A stretch of 64,000 nt of DNA from Callorhinchus milii (GCF_018977255.1 NW_024704743.1:806001-870000); one strand, 5' to 3'. Counted from the first letter of the stretch, positions 11,827 to 25,964 are shown. Made by a program: numbers and translations. Notes: a model not told the origin generated them from the letters alone.

Positions 11827-14800
11827 AATTCTCCTACCCTCTCCCTTTCATAGAATCGTACAGCACAGAAGGAGACCATTCGACCCATCGAGCCTGCGCC
11901 CGGCTCTTCGAAAGAGCTATCCAACTAGTCCCACTGCCCCGCTCTGACCCTGCCCAGCCCTGCAAACTTTTAAATAGATTTAAATAGAACGTTTAACAGA
12001 ATAGGATGTTCCCACGACTTGTAGAGTCTGTAACCAGGGGACACAAGATCTTTCCTTTCGACCGCGCCTTTGGTCACTTCCCCCCCGCCCTCCCCCCCCT
12101 TCCCCCCGGCTCGGCCCCGGCATCCATCACCGTGAAGCGCTCTGAGACGCCGTCCGGTGTGGAGGGCGCTATATAAATCCAAGTTGTTGTTGTTGTTGAC
12201 ACAAGTATATGATAGTGACTAGGGGATCTAAGAGAGAATTTACAACAACAACAGTCAATCGTAAGTCAATCACCGCGAAAGGTTTCAGCGATCTACAGCG
12301 GACGTGACTCTGAGTAAAGCACAACCATTTTACTTTCCTCTAACCCAACACCCCCCCTCCGCACCTCCCACCCCCACTCCCTCCAAAAAAATAAAGCTTG
12401 TGGCCAATTTTCACGAGCGTCGAAATAAGATTTGATCTCTACAAGTGGTTTGGGAACTCAAACCAATCTTCGGCCCGATACATTTCGGGACCGACAGAGC
12501 GTTATGAAAACATCTGACGTGAATTACAGAAACTCAAGTAACTCAAAGCAACAGAGCCCCTCCCATTTCCTGCATCAAAATAATTATTATGTATTGAGAT
12601 TAGGCTGAAATGTCATTAGATTCTTTCCCGTAATTGTAGCTAATGGAGTTCTAAAATCAAACGACCATTGTAATAATCTCATTACCATCTCCGTGACAAA
12701 TGAAGAGTAGCTTCCTTCCTTCCTCATTAAATGCTTTTCTCTCCCTGGCTTAATAGGTCAACATGTTAAGCAAATAATGCGGCGATAAAGCCATCACGAT
12801 GCGACAGCATCCGAAGGGAATGATCGGACAGATTAGCTACAGACAATAATCCTTGCAACGCGATACGGAGCCATTCGTGGTGGAGGCTCGTCTCGAATGG
12901 GCTTCACGTGGGATCAGAAAAATACAAGGCGACCAAAAGGTTGTGCAATCTACCGTATTATCTGAAAAAAAAATATCAAAAATAGCATCATTTCTTTCAA
13001 GGCTCTCATTGTAATTGGTATCACGACTTTTTTGGTCACCCTGTAATAATAATAATAATAATATGGTCCCTCAACCCACGACTGTCTGTGGGACACTGCT
13101 GTGCGCAATTGGCTGCCGCGTTTGACTGTAAAGTCAATTCACTTTACAGTGTATCCCGTGGAGAGGGCTTCGAGACGTCTCGAAGACGTGATAAGGCGCC
13201 GGGTCAAATGCCAGGATTATTATTATTATGATTGGCTGTGAAGTGTAGTGACTGGGTATCTGTAGGCAATTTGGCTCAGCAATGCCCTACCAACACTGCG
13301 TTGGCAACTTGATTTTGCCTCCCAAACTTTTCGTTGAGAAAGCTTGTGGTTTCTAACACAGAAGGAGGCCATTTGACCAACATATCTGCAATGATATCAG
13401 CTGCAGCACTGCAGATATCCGCTCTCAGCCCATTCCCTGCTCCTTTTCCCAGATCCTGAGATATTATATTATTTCCCTCAAGTGTTTCCAATTTCCTTAT
13501 AAATATCTAATGCAGTGCTCAGCAAACTGCAGCCCACCCAACGCCCCAATTTTTTTTGTGTGGGCAAAATGGCAGGTAAATGGAACTGAGTGCTCTCTCA
13601 AATAGAGACCACAAAAACAATAATAATAATCCTCGCTTTTGATTACTCGTCGAAAAAAAAACCTCATAACCCTTGAAATCGTAGCACTCTTCACGCCTGT
13701 AGGACTTGAGAGGTCCGCAGAATTCGCAGGGAAGTGTAGTGACTGTGGCATTTGAAGGTTAGTGCCGCCAGCCAATTTCCTCACAACAACATCCTATAAA
13801 GAGCCACAAAGTGAATGACCAAATCTTTTTTTTTAATCTGGAGGATTGTCAGTCGAGGCACTAGGAGAAACTAAACAAATACTAAGGACGAAGAGCATAA
13901 GGCGCTGCATCAAATGCAATTATTATTATTATTACTATTATTATCATCATATCTGTGTCTGTGCTAGAAGGGACTCTTGTGCATTAACTTTCAAGGTGGA
14001 AAATGGGAAAATAAATCATTTCTGAATATCGCAAGCAGGGAGATTTATTCTCCGCCGTAACACTGGTTTGAAATTTGGCCGCCTCACACAACACCCGCGC
14101 TCCCCCCACCACCCCCACACCCCCCGCACTCTTTTTTAGAGCTTTTTTTTAGACCTTCCTCTTCAACCGTGCTCACGGTCACCTCCTGCCGCTCTGCCCC
14201 CCACTCTGGCTCAGTGTCGAGCTCCGACACGGTTAAGTGCTCCGGTACAGTATATTCTGTGAAACCCTTCGAGACGTCTCATGATAAGGCGCTGTATCAA
14301 ATGTGAGGATTACTATTATAAATTCAAGCTGTTGAATTATTGAGCTGGGACCACGGACTTGTTTAGTAAGCAGTCGGATGCTGTGAGGCAAGGACAGTAA
14401 GGGTGGGATGAGATCAGATGGGTCCGTAAGGGATTTCTTCATCCGAACCGATCTGGTGAATTTGTGCGTCTTTGCAATATTTTCCTACAGTTGAAAGCTT
14501 TCCTTTCACCCTGATTTACATGAATTAAGTTGTAACAAATGGGAGCCCATGAATGATTTTTTTACACCCTGGGTCAGGAAAGCGTGTGATCTAAGTCTAC
14601 TAGAGAGCTGTAAGAGCGAACAGATCAGGGTTATCTCGCCAACAATTATCCACTTGGCTCTTCCCACATCTATTATTTGCTAAAGAGGTAACAATTAGAC
14701 CAACGCTGACCAACCTTTTTTCGGTCCACCAACAAAATAAATGATCTTGAATGAATATTCCTTGATTTATGCCGTAAAGCAAGAAATATTCAATCAGGAA

Positions 14801-17800
14801 AATAATGGAAACAACACTAATGATTGAACCTAGACCGGTGCGAATGTTGGAGGGGGTGGAGACTTTTCTTGACAGCGCCACAGACCATGGGACAGGCCAG
14901 AGCCCACTGAGTGGAGGGAACGGACAGGTTGATATGGGTTTAGTAGGTCACAGAGGTAGGAAGGAGCAAAGCCGTGAAGGGGTTCAGAAAGTAAGGTCGA
15001 GGATTTTGAACTCTGGGAAGCCAGTGGAGCCAGACGAGGATAGGGGTGAGCAGAGGTAGGTTAACGGAACTTATATAACAACAACAAAATAATAATAATA
15101 ATAATAATCCTTGCATTTGATATAGCGCTTTTCACGTCTTCTAGACGTCTCAAAGCGCTTCACAGAATATACCGTAAAGGGAATTGACTGCATATTTTTG
15201 GGCAAAACTTGCTTCAAACCATAAGTTTCAACCCTTGTATGATTATTGTTGTTTTACCACAAAATTCTCCCGCAGTATTCCTGGACCCGGCTCAACCTGC
15301 CTGTGGCAATCTTACTACTTGTGGACCTCGTGAGGGTTCAAGCCCCGTATCAGAACTTGAGCTCACATCCCAAATTCGCACTCACTCCAACCCAGTACTG
15401 AGTGGAACTCCGCACTGTTAATGATCCTTACATTTGATGCGGCACCTTTCGTCTCGCATCGCTTCGCGGGATATTCTGTCAGGTGCAGCGAGTGTATTTT
15501 GTGGGCAAATGAAACGGCCAAATTGGCTCACAGAAATATAACACAAACAGCCGCGAAGTGAATGAGCCATTTCGTCTGGCGGGTTTTTAGTTTGGCCAGG
15601 ACACAGAGAGAGACTTCCTTCTCTTTTCAAAGTAGTGACTTGGCATCTCTATCGACCACTTGCTCGGACAGACAGACGGAGCCTCGGGTTCAACATTTCA
15701 TCCGATGGGACCTCCAACAACACAACAAAAAATTACATTTGTGTAGCGCCATTCACGCCGGAAGGACATCCCAATTACACAGGGCTCCCCAGACACTGTG
15801 CTGGAGTGTCAGCCTCGACTGTGAATTCAAAGTCCCGACGCGGTGCTTGAAATCCCCAGCTTTCTGACTTTAAAGGCGAGAGTGCTATCGACTGAGCCAG
15901 GCTGAAACATTCTAAGGAAACAAACAATTACACCTCGAAGCACAGAGGAGAAAGGAAAGTTCAGAAAAAACAAACTTGCCGTTGACTGAACTGGTTCCTT
16001 CAGCACGAAAATAACACTCCCGCTCTCCTCTTATCCTCTATCCGGCAGCACTGTTGCAATTGGCGTTCTGCGGTACCACATCAGGAGATTTCTGTTTATT
16101 TATTATTATTTATTGAAGCTTATTATTGCACACAGGGAAGTATATTTACAATGGGTTGCAGCCCGAGGGAAGATGGGCGACTCATCAGAGTACAATAACA
16201 CCGAGCTGGTATGTCATGGGGTATAACTAATTGATTAGCACACTACACAAGTGTCGGCAGAGGTACATGAGGCTGCGTGTTTTTGTACCCGCAAGTCTGC
16301 ACAATGGGTCCTCCCTCTCACGTGAACTGTTCAATTTTATGAATGGATTTCTCAAGTCCCGTATTCCCAGCCCCGAGCCCGAAACATCGCAAAGAGCTTC
16401 ACATTTAAGTTGACCAGGTGTGCGTGTCGCGACTGTAACTGAATGCAATAGCCACAAAGTGCAGGTAGATCAGAGCCAAGGCTTAGGCTGTGTGTGGTGG
16501 GGGGGGTCCTTACACACGATGGGTTGGGGTAACTGTTGGAGTCCAACCAGCTCAAACCGTAACTAGCCACGGAGAGCACTGCCTGACAAGCTTCTCGCTA
16601 TTTGTATAGGCTAGGACCACCCTATCCATCAGGGCTTTGGCTTGTGGAGTTAACGGGAGACAAAGGGAATAATAATCCCTGCCCCCAGTGACTGATCTAA
16701 CCCTTCAAGTCCCTCAAGACAATGAGCCATGTTGGCGTGTCATCACCAATGCCCTGAAGAACCAAAGACCCATCTGTATCAGGAACCGAACCCCCCCCCA
16801 CCGCCCACCCCACCCCACTTATTTACTCCCACAGGAGGAAACTTTTACACCGTGTCATGTACTGGCTGCAAACTACAGTACCTTCAACAGTATACTTACT
16901 TTCCAATAGTGGCACAGAGCCAAGTTGATAAACCAGACAGTAAGGATCTCTGACTGAGTGGAAAGTGAAGAGCCGCGGTGAGGGAGAAGCACATAAAAGG
17001 GCACTGAGAAGAAAAACTTTCGAGTTCAGCTTATTCCTCAGCGCAGTTTCCAATGTAGCATCTGAAGGCACTGTTAAAGCCTCATGTGACTTTCATAAGA
17101 ATGTAACTGTAAACCTGAAGCTTCTGATAGTTTGCTCTTGAAACTGAAACTCCATCGCAGACTCCCTCCGGCCCGCCTCCTCCTTTCCCCCACTTGGGAC
17201 GCGAAAGGCGCTATATAAATATAATTTGTTGTTGTTTTTGTTGTTTAAAGCCTGCCTTAAGTCCTAGTTTTCATTCATTTCCCCTTCCATCAACATCAAC
17301 AACTTGCATTTATACAGCAACCTTCCCTTTCCCCTCCCAGCTCGGATGCTCACCAAGCTTTGTAAAGTACTCGGAGACGTCCTTCGACGTTAAAAGGACG
17401 CATTGAAATGTAAAATTGCGAAGCAAGTCGCAGGTTGCACTCGGTTAACTGGCCTCGTCTCGAAGAGCAGGTACCACAACTCATCTCAATACTTCCAGGT
17501 AAAAGGGGGGGGGGAAAAAAATCTAGCCAAAGGCACCTCATTGTGTCATTTGTACTGATGTCATCTCCTACAATACTATGTTCGAACAAACGAAAGCGTT
17601 GCGAAACAGGAGTTTCACCAAAGCAGATTTTCAACAAAAGGCGACAATTTCAGACGTATGCGTTCAGACGATCTCAGACGAGACGCGGATAATATTTTGT
17701 AGATAATAATGATTAATCCTTGCACTTGGTACGGCAATTACCATGTCATCGAAACGTCTCATTAAAGCGCTTCACGGGATTGTGCATTTCTAAACGAACA

Positions 17801-18212
17801 CAGTGATCACTCGGCACACAGCGAAGTCCCACAAACAGCCATGATGGGAGCAGATGAGCAATTTTGTCTGGGGTGGGGGGAGGTATCGGTGGGTGGCGGG
17901 GGGTGGATTGTTGTTCAGGACGCTGGGAGAAACTCCTTTCTCTTTTCCAATAGCGCCAACGGGATCTTTAATGTTCAATTTAAGCAATGAATCAGGGAGT
18001 CGCATCAAACTTGCCCAAAGTTTCGCCCTGACTGACCTGTCCCGCCCGCAGGCGAGGGCTCTGACCACCGAGCTGGAGGACTCGACATATATAAAGTGAA
18101 TCGACTGTGTATTTTATGGGCGGAATATCATCTGGTAACTGAGTGATAGCAGGGCCGGGGGTAGGTGGGGGTGGGGGGGTAGGGATGGAGGGGTGTAGGG
18201 ATGGAAGGGGGG

Positions 18213-18237
18213 NNNNNNNNNNNNNNNNNNNNNNNNN
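18213..18237. other. Assembly gap (25 N, true size unknown)
   Basis: Run of N preceded by G-rich sequence. Confidence 0.99.
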
Positions 18238-18326
18238 GAGACGTCGCTCCATGTCACGGTAAATCCTGTGAAGCGCTTTGAGACATCCTTTGAGACACCT
18301 CAGCAATGTGATAAAGCGAGGATTAT

Positions 18327-18658
18327 AAATAATAATAATAATAATAATAATCCTTGCATTTGATATAGCGCTTTTCACGTCGGGAGGACGTCCCAAAGCG
18401 CTTCACAGAACACACTGTAAAGTGAATTGACTGTATATTTGTGGGCGAACGCGGCAGCCAATTGCGCACAGCAATGTCCCACAAACAGTCGTGGATTGAA
18501 ATGACCAATTTATTATTGTTTTTGGTTTTGGAGGGATTATTATTAGGCTCTGTGTGGAGTAAGGAAACTTGCCCAAGGTTTCGCCCTCTGCCTGGAATTG
18601 AACTCAGGTCTCTCACTTGCAAAGCGAGTGCTCTAACCACTGAGCTACAGGACTCCAC
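18327..18658 (-). mobile_element. Full-length tRNA-Ala-derived SINE, short subfamily
   Basis: Reverse complement differs from 11091-11413 at about 6 positions by my reading. Confidence 0.9.
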
Positions 18659-19560
18659 ATAATTGTTATCCTTCTGACCTGATAAGGTGCCGTACCCAAT
18701 GCAAGGATTCTTCTTCTACACACAGGCGGAAGCAGGGAGCGTAGTATTCAGCTGAAGAGCTCTTTTCAAAGAGCCAGCACAGACACGATGGGCCTAATGG
18801 CCTCCTTCTGTGCTCTATGATTCTACACACACTCAACCTCCCTCCTCAATCAATGACTTTCCGCCCCCACCCACCACCACCTGTAACAGATTTGACTCTT
18901 TTCCCCCTCACCCACCCACCCAAACAACCAGCACATCCCCTCTCTCCAATCAACCAATGGTTGCGACTTCCTTCCCCAATCACTCAGTCTTCCCTCCCTC
19001 CATATCAGAAAATAATGATCCTTCCATTTGATATAGCACCTTATCACGTCGTCGAGCTGTCTCAAAACACTTCACAGTACTGTCAATTTGTGGGCAGAAC
19101 ACGTCGGCAGTTTGGGCACAACAGTGCTACACAAACAACCATGGAGTGAATGACCAATTTTATTTGGGCAATTGTTGGCCAGGACACTGTGAGAAACTCC
19201 TTTCAACTAAGAACATAAAAATAGGAGCAGGAGTAATAATAATAATAATTATAATAATAGGAGTAGTCCATTCGGCCCCTTGAGCCTGTCCCGCTATTTA
19301 ATAAGATCATGGCTGATCTACTACCTAACTCCATTTACCCGCCCTATCACCATATCCCTTAATCCCTTTAGTTTTTAAAAATCTATCAATCTCAGTCTTG
19401 AATATGTTCAACGACTGACTGAGCATCCGCAGCCTTCTGGTGTAGAGAATTCCATGAATACCACCATGGGTTCTGTAACATCCACTAGAACAGGCAGATG
19501 GGACCTCAGTTTAACATATCATCTGAAGGATTTGATTCCTTCAGGATTCAAAGGATTTGA

Positions 19561-19866
19561 GGAGTCCTGTAGCTCAGTGGTTAGAGCACTTGCCTGGCAA
19601 GCGAGAGACCTGGGATCGATTCCCGGCAGGGCGAAACCTTGGGCAAGTTTCCTTACTCCGCATGCCTGATAATAATTCCTGAAGAAAGAAAAAAAAATAA
19701 AATTAGTCACTTCAATCCTCGACTGTTTGTGGGGACGCTGCTGTGTGCAATTGGCTGCCGCATTTCGCCCACAAATATACAGTCAGTTCACTTTACAGTA
19801 TATTTGTGAAGCGCTTTTGAGACATCTAGAAGATGTGAAAACGTTAAGTACAAAGATTATTATTAT
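19561..19866 (+). mobile_element. tRNA-derived SINE, short subfamily
   Basis: Same head, body and tail. Confidence 0.85.
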
Positions 19867-20403
19867 TTCCCCACCCCAACAACAACCAGACCTACCCCCG
19901 ATCACTGGCCATGACTTCCCTCTCCCCCAGTCACCAGTTGACCTCACCATCACTGGCACTGACCCTTTTGGCCCTGAGCCAATTGTAGATCACTTTTTGA
20001 GGTGGTGACATTCCAATTTGACAGTGTGCAATCATATGATTTTCTACATATGATTTTCCAAATGAGTATTTTCCAAAGAAACACATAAGAACTCTACACC
20101 CTGGTATCAAGGTGTGTAGTAAATTTTTTGAAGAAAGGAAATAGAGAGTAACCGATAGCAGAGAGAGGTTAAAATGGTAGGAAGTATTCAGTGGGGATGA
20201 AAGTCCATACTGGGACCATGAGAACTAAATAGAGCAGTCAGTGCAAATGTTGGGTGAATTGTGAAATCAAAGGAGGCATCCAAGGTCTTGAAAGGAGAAA
20301 TCAACACGGAATGCACGTGTTCTGATTACTGATAAATCAAATTCAATGCAAATTAAAGGTTACTGCATGTGGGAATTACAATTTGAGGCGTATTTACTAT
20401 ATG

Positions 20404-20700
20404 GTGGAGTCCTGTAGCTAAGTGCTTAGAGCACTTGACTCACTAGTGAGAAACCTGGGTTCGATTCCCGACAGGGCAAAACTTTGGGCAAGTTTACTTA
20501 CTCCACACGCCTGATAATAATCCCTCAAGATAAAACACAATAATAAATTGGTCACTTCAATCCATGACTGTTTGTGGGACACTGCTGTGCGCAATTGGCT
20601 GCTGCATTTTGCCCACAAATATATACAGTATATTCTGTGACGAGTTTTGAGACACCTAGAAGACGTGATAAGGCGCTGTATCAAATGCAAGGATTATATT
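20404..20700 (+). mobile_element. tRNA-derived SINE, short subfamily
   Basis: Same head, body and tail. Confidence 0.85.
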
Positions 20701-20814
20701 TATATTCCCCGCATCTCCTCCCAGTCTGCAGCATCGAAAATAATGTCAAAATCATTCCTTTTTTTTATATAGTTTTCAATAAATAGGAAATCAAAGACTT
20801 TTTGTGCCACAGGC

Positions 20815-21035
20815 TCCGTGACCCCATCAACCCCACTCTCGCTCGGCTCCGCTGGCTCCCCATCCCTCAAGAGGATAATTTGAAAATCCTCGTCCTCACT
20901 TTCAAGGCCCTCCATGGCCTTGCCCCCTCCTACCTTTCTGACCTACTAACCCTCTATCAACCTGTCCGCTTCCTCCATTGAGCAGACTCCGACCTGCTCC
21001 ATGTCTCCTCTCCCGACCCGCCCTACCATCATATC
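20815..21035 (+). mobile_element. L2 LINE ORF2 fragment
   Basis: Degenerate LHWLP..RI.FKILVLTFKALHGLAPSYL-type sequence (aaaatcctcgtcctcactttcaaggccctccatggccttgcccc). Confidence 0.75.
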
Positions 21036-22924
21036 AACGGCAAGGATCATTATTACTCTGCACCTCAAGGTGTAAAATCTTTAGTGCATATGAGTGCGGT
21101 TGTGCTACCAGGCTGCTGGTATGAGATTCTGCTGAGCCCTGCAATGACTTTGAAACTCCAAGGTGCTGCACTGGCTTTATAAAACCAGCTCTGGAAAGCA
21201 TCGGAATATGCTGATTTGATACTCTGCGCACAGCCCCTTGCTGCCGCTCCAGGTATTCAATAATAAATTCCAGGCGGTAAAGAAGAATCAAACTAAGCTA
21301 AACCTTAGGTACCTTAAGTTACATAATTGAAAGGGTATATTTTAATGTATATGATACAGTAAAATCACATAAGTCTTATCTTTATAAATCTTATAATCAC
21401 CTAATGCACCTGTTCTGATAAACATCCACCTGAGTCCCATGCAGTGGTCCTATCAAAACCACTTACATGTTTGCATGAGACATATTAATCATCTCCTAAC
21501 TAATAATGTTGCTCCCCTACCCTTCATTACTCCCGCACTTACTAGCTGCACTGAATCAAATTTTCTTACTCTACACCCCTCTGTTTACCGAGCAGTCAGT
21601 AGGAACCCGGTTGTTAGTCGATTGGCTGATCGCTTCTCCGGAAGTAATAATCCCTTCTAAATAAATAAATAAATAATTTGGTCACTCAATTCACGACTGT
21701 CTGTGGGATACTGACGTGCGCAAATAGCTGCTACGTTTCGGCCCCAAATATACAGTCAATTCACTTTGCAGTATATTCTGTGAGGTGCTTTGAAGCGTCT
21801 CACCGACAGGATAAGGTGCTATATCAAATGCAAGGATTATTATTGTTATTACTCCCACGCTGAAACGTTAAAAGCCTACTGTAACTACTGATCTAATGTC
21901 TCATTGTTGCCCACATTTCTGACTTCAATTTTGTCAGTATCTGGAAAGCTATATTCAAATTTTTCAATCACAGTTTCAACAAGGATTATTTTTTATGCGT
22001 CAGAATTTGACTGCACTTGATGCTGAAAGCGATGGAGCCCTGCTGCTTTCAGTTCATGGGCTATCAAAGCCTCAAGTAATCACAGACTAAAAAAAAAACC
22101 CACACCACCTCTTCACTCAGAATAAATGGCAAAAATTATAATTCATATTCAAAAAGCTGTGGACTTCTGTTAGGAAATCACACTCGGCGCTTCAATTCCA
22201 AACAGCGGGTTGCTAAGCATGAGGTACTGCTGATGAGCTGCAATTGATTGCCTTTAAAGTGCAAATAGGAAAACTAATTCCACATGTTTGAGTGCCCTGA
22301 GCTACACAAAAAAAATAGGTTTATCACAGTTAATCTGCTAAATGCAGTATTATTCTCTTGAAGCCATTGTTTGACATCCTGGGGGTTCCCTGTAATCTTT
22401 TGAATCGTAAAATCCAGTTTAGCTGTCGAACTTTTCCACAGCTGTTTTTGTGAACCTCCGGCAATGAAGGGCAATTGACAACAAAAATAGCTGAACAACA
22501 AATTTCCTCCTTTCTCCTTTGATATCTTACCTAAGTGGCCATTTTGTGTGAGTCAGTATCAGGTTTCCTCCCACCGCTAACCTTCTCTGATCCAATCTCT
22601 CCGCATAACTGCAGCCCTTCATCCCAGGAATCATTCTCACAAACCTCTTCTGCACCCCCTGTAAGATTTTAATATCTTTCCCTTGTGAGTTTAGAGTGAA
22701 TCATTAGTAAGGGATCACTGAATAACCTGAATAAATTCACTATGTAGGATCATGGGCGAAGACAACTGGAATGCATCTTGATGTCATAGAAATCGCCAGC
22801 GCAAGAGAAAGCCAATAGCTCCACCGAGCCCTCACCGGTTCAAAAGCAAGCTTTATTAATTCGGTCCCACCGCCCAGCCTTAGCCCCACACTCCTTCGAG
22901 CTCCTCTCTTTCTTATACCTATCT

Positions 22925-23400
22925 ATCATAGAATTGTACGGCACAAAAAGAGGCCATTCAGCCCATTGAGTCTGTGCCGGCTCTTTGAAAAGAGCAATGT
23001 ATTGTCAATCCCACTCCCCAGCCCTTTCCCCATAACCCTGCAGACCCGTCCTCCTATCTCCTTCACTCTTGAAAGCCTCAGTGGGCTCTGTCCTGGAACT
23101 AGTCTCATAAACCTCCTCTGCACCCCCTCCAAGACCTCAATATCGTTTCTGAAGCGAGGTTGCCCAAAACTGGACACAGGACTACTCAAGTTGCAGCCTA
23201 ACCAATGATTTGTACAAACGTACCATTATTGCTTTACTTCTGTACTCTGCCCATAGATAAAACCCAGTCTTTTGTCAGTTGCAATGCCAATTTCAATGAC
23301 TTATTGTAATGACTGCACTCTCAAATCCCTTTGCTCATCAGCAAGATAATGTCATTCCTACATTTGTTCTTACAAAATTAATTGGTTCACATTAAGCCGG
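22925..23400 (-). mobile_element. CR1-clade LINE fragment with internal deletion
   Basis: FGQPRFRNDIEVLEGVQRRFMRLVPG, joined to a CR1-type 3' UTR (atgggctgaatggcctc...ttctatga). Confidence 0.8.
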
Positions 23401-25964
23401 GTCATGAAATATGTCCCAGAGTTATTCAGTACCTTGAGTACTTGTGAGGAGGATAAAGATTTTCAACAATTGCCACCTAAATGCTTTATCAACAAGAATG
23501 CTAGGATTACTATTGCAACAGCACATTAATAGGATAAAACTAACCCATCTCACATTCTTTTATACAAAAGCCTATTAGGCTATAGAACCAAATTTATTTT
23601 TACAAAGAAAGCCATTCTGCTCATTAGGTCTGAAAGAGCAAAGATATGGACAATTTTACTTTTACAACTTCCTTTTGAAGCTGAGTTGATTACCATCTTT
23701 AAAAGGCAATTAGATAAACACTTGAAGAAAGTAGATGTAAAAGGCTATACGAAAATTGGATTAGAGTAGATAGCTCGGGAAGTATATGTGAGAGGGGTGG
23801 GGGGTGGGGGTGGAACGACTCACAAACTGTTTTCTCAGGCATACCGACTGTACTATGATTTAGAAATATTCACACATTTAATTACGCTGTTTGATAGTCC
23901 TCATCTTGATCTTCAGATCGCTTCAAGACCTTGGTCCTTCCCTATCTATAATAATAATAATCCTTGTATTTAGTATAGCACCTTTTCATGTCGTTTAGAC
24001 GTCGCAAAGAACCTCACAGGATATATTGTAAAGTGCAGTGAGTGTGTATTTTGTGGGACTATGTTGTGGGTGACTTTCTGTCTCTCTTACCTCTACATCT
24101 TATCCCCATCCGTCAGGGAAAGGAGAGACTTTCTCTCACCACAAATTCAGTTCAGTAGAAAGAGAGGTGCAGAATTTTATGCAAAACAGCAATTTCTTTT
24201 AAGCTTTATATGAAACATATAAGTAGTTCCTAATCCTGAACCATCAGTGCTGCCAACAACTGAAAACTATTAGTACTAATTCTATAAAAACACCTTGAAA
24301 AAGTTAATAAAGATAACTGCAAATTATCTTTTTAGATCAGTAAATGGCTACTATGGGATATTGCTTTTGCACTTAGCTCTGCGCTTGTTCCTCACGTTTT
24401 AAATGCTTTTATTCCTCTGTTTTTTACTGAGACCTATTTCATCATTTTATTGAGGCATATCGCCAGTGGCACTATCATAACATTCTCTCCCGAGAATGGT
24501 TGGGGTAGTAGAAATTTAGCAGTAAATGTTTTTGTCAAGAGCGCACTTTTGCTCTGTCAAGGCTGTTTAGTCAATCATGGGACACGTAATGGTAATACAC
24601 TGTGAAGAGTTATCTTTCTCAATCTCTTTCCCTATCCCCCTTCCCCAAAAAAAACATTGTAATCTGGAATGGTCGTACACTATGAAAAGCAATTTCTCAA
24701 TCTCTTTCTCATCCACACACACAAAAAAACATTGTAATCTTTAAATATCTGTTGGGCACCTAAAGCCACTTCAGATGTTTTACAATCTGTCAAATAACTG
24801 CGAGATGCTGTGTGAGTAAAATGATCCATGTTATTGCCATATAAACCCGAACCGCTTGCTGATAAAATAGCTGTTGACAGTAAAATAAGTAATTAACAGC
24901 GGTAAAAAGGCGGCCTTTAACCTCTGGTTTCTGATCATTTGCTCAGGTGTCCTTTACTTGTTTTCAAAAGTTACTCTTCTTGTGACGTTAGTTCTTTGCT
25001 TTTTTTTTAAAAAACTAACGTTTAGTCGCAAGGTTCGGGTTCAAACCCCACGACGGGAACTCCCAGTCTCGGCTGACATTCCAGTGCAGCCCTGGGGAGC
25101 GCAAGACTGTCGTATTCAAATAAAGAAGCAAGTTTCTCTGGCCGACCATAAATTGGTCATTCATTGTCATGGCTGTGTTTGCACCCTTACTGTGCTGTGT
25201 ATAAATACGGGTGCTTTACTTTGGCCGCAAATCCAGTTGTTGCGCTTGATAGTAATTAACCCGCAAAGAGCTCTGAGGCGCTATCAGTTGCAAAGATTAT
25301 TACTTTAATATTATTTTGGGTTCCCATTCCCAACTGTCTTTCCTCCTGCCGTTACCCCACAGGTATTCATTCGTAAACCGAACAGGCCCGCAGGCAGCTC
25401 GCTCCCTGGGGCTCTGGTAACTCTGCAGTATAATTGACTATTAGGAGATATGACTCACTCTCCTGCTCTCTGCCTTTCCCTGCAGGCAGCACATAGCCCT
25501 TTCGCTCTGTTCCTTCCTCCTAACTGCTGGATCCCAACACTTTGATGTTCCAATGCACCATTATGAAACACATTAACTGCATGCTGTTTACTATTCAAAT
25601 TAACCTTCCGGGTGGTGCATCTTGCCAACGGTGACATGCCTGGCAACAGAGTTATTGATGAATAATTTTAATTATTATTTTAAAAAATAATGATTATTAT
25701 TCATCTCGGAATCCAGTTGGTCCTCGGTAGTCCAGTTCCTGAGCCAGCTGTACCCCAGGGCACTGCTGACCACAGACCGGTCAGTCTGGCGCATCGGCAG
25801 GATTTGGAGGGGCAGTTTGGGGTCCCACTGAGCTCCTGTTAACCCTGCAACAGGTCCAGTGGTCATCGCTTGACTAATGGCAACCTATGTGGTTTTAGCT
25901 GGTTAAACGCCGGCAGTACCCCCACGCACACTCTGGGGTTCCCCAGGCCACGGCCAATGCTGGT

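Noticed and set aside
13276..13491. 71-aa minus ORF METLEGNNIISQDLGKG...
   Set aside because: Underlying DNA contains a CR1-type 3' UTR motif (aaatggcctccttctgtg); a LINE relic.
16440..16470. CACAAAGTGCAG|gtagat as possible end of WDR48 exon 1 (KVQ)
   Set aside because: Upstream codons read ECNSHKVQ rather than RQNxAGRRKVQ, and an in-frame stop lies just upstream with no ATG; a chance match.
22274..22501. Minus ORF with PQDVKQWLQENNTAFSRLTV, loosely resembling SAM-domain helices of EPS8 or TFCP2 family proteins
   Set aside because: Similarity is limited to ~15 residues, with no convincing splice pair or continuation. An HMM search against SAM families would be needed to revive it.
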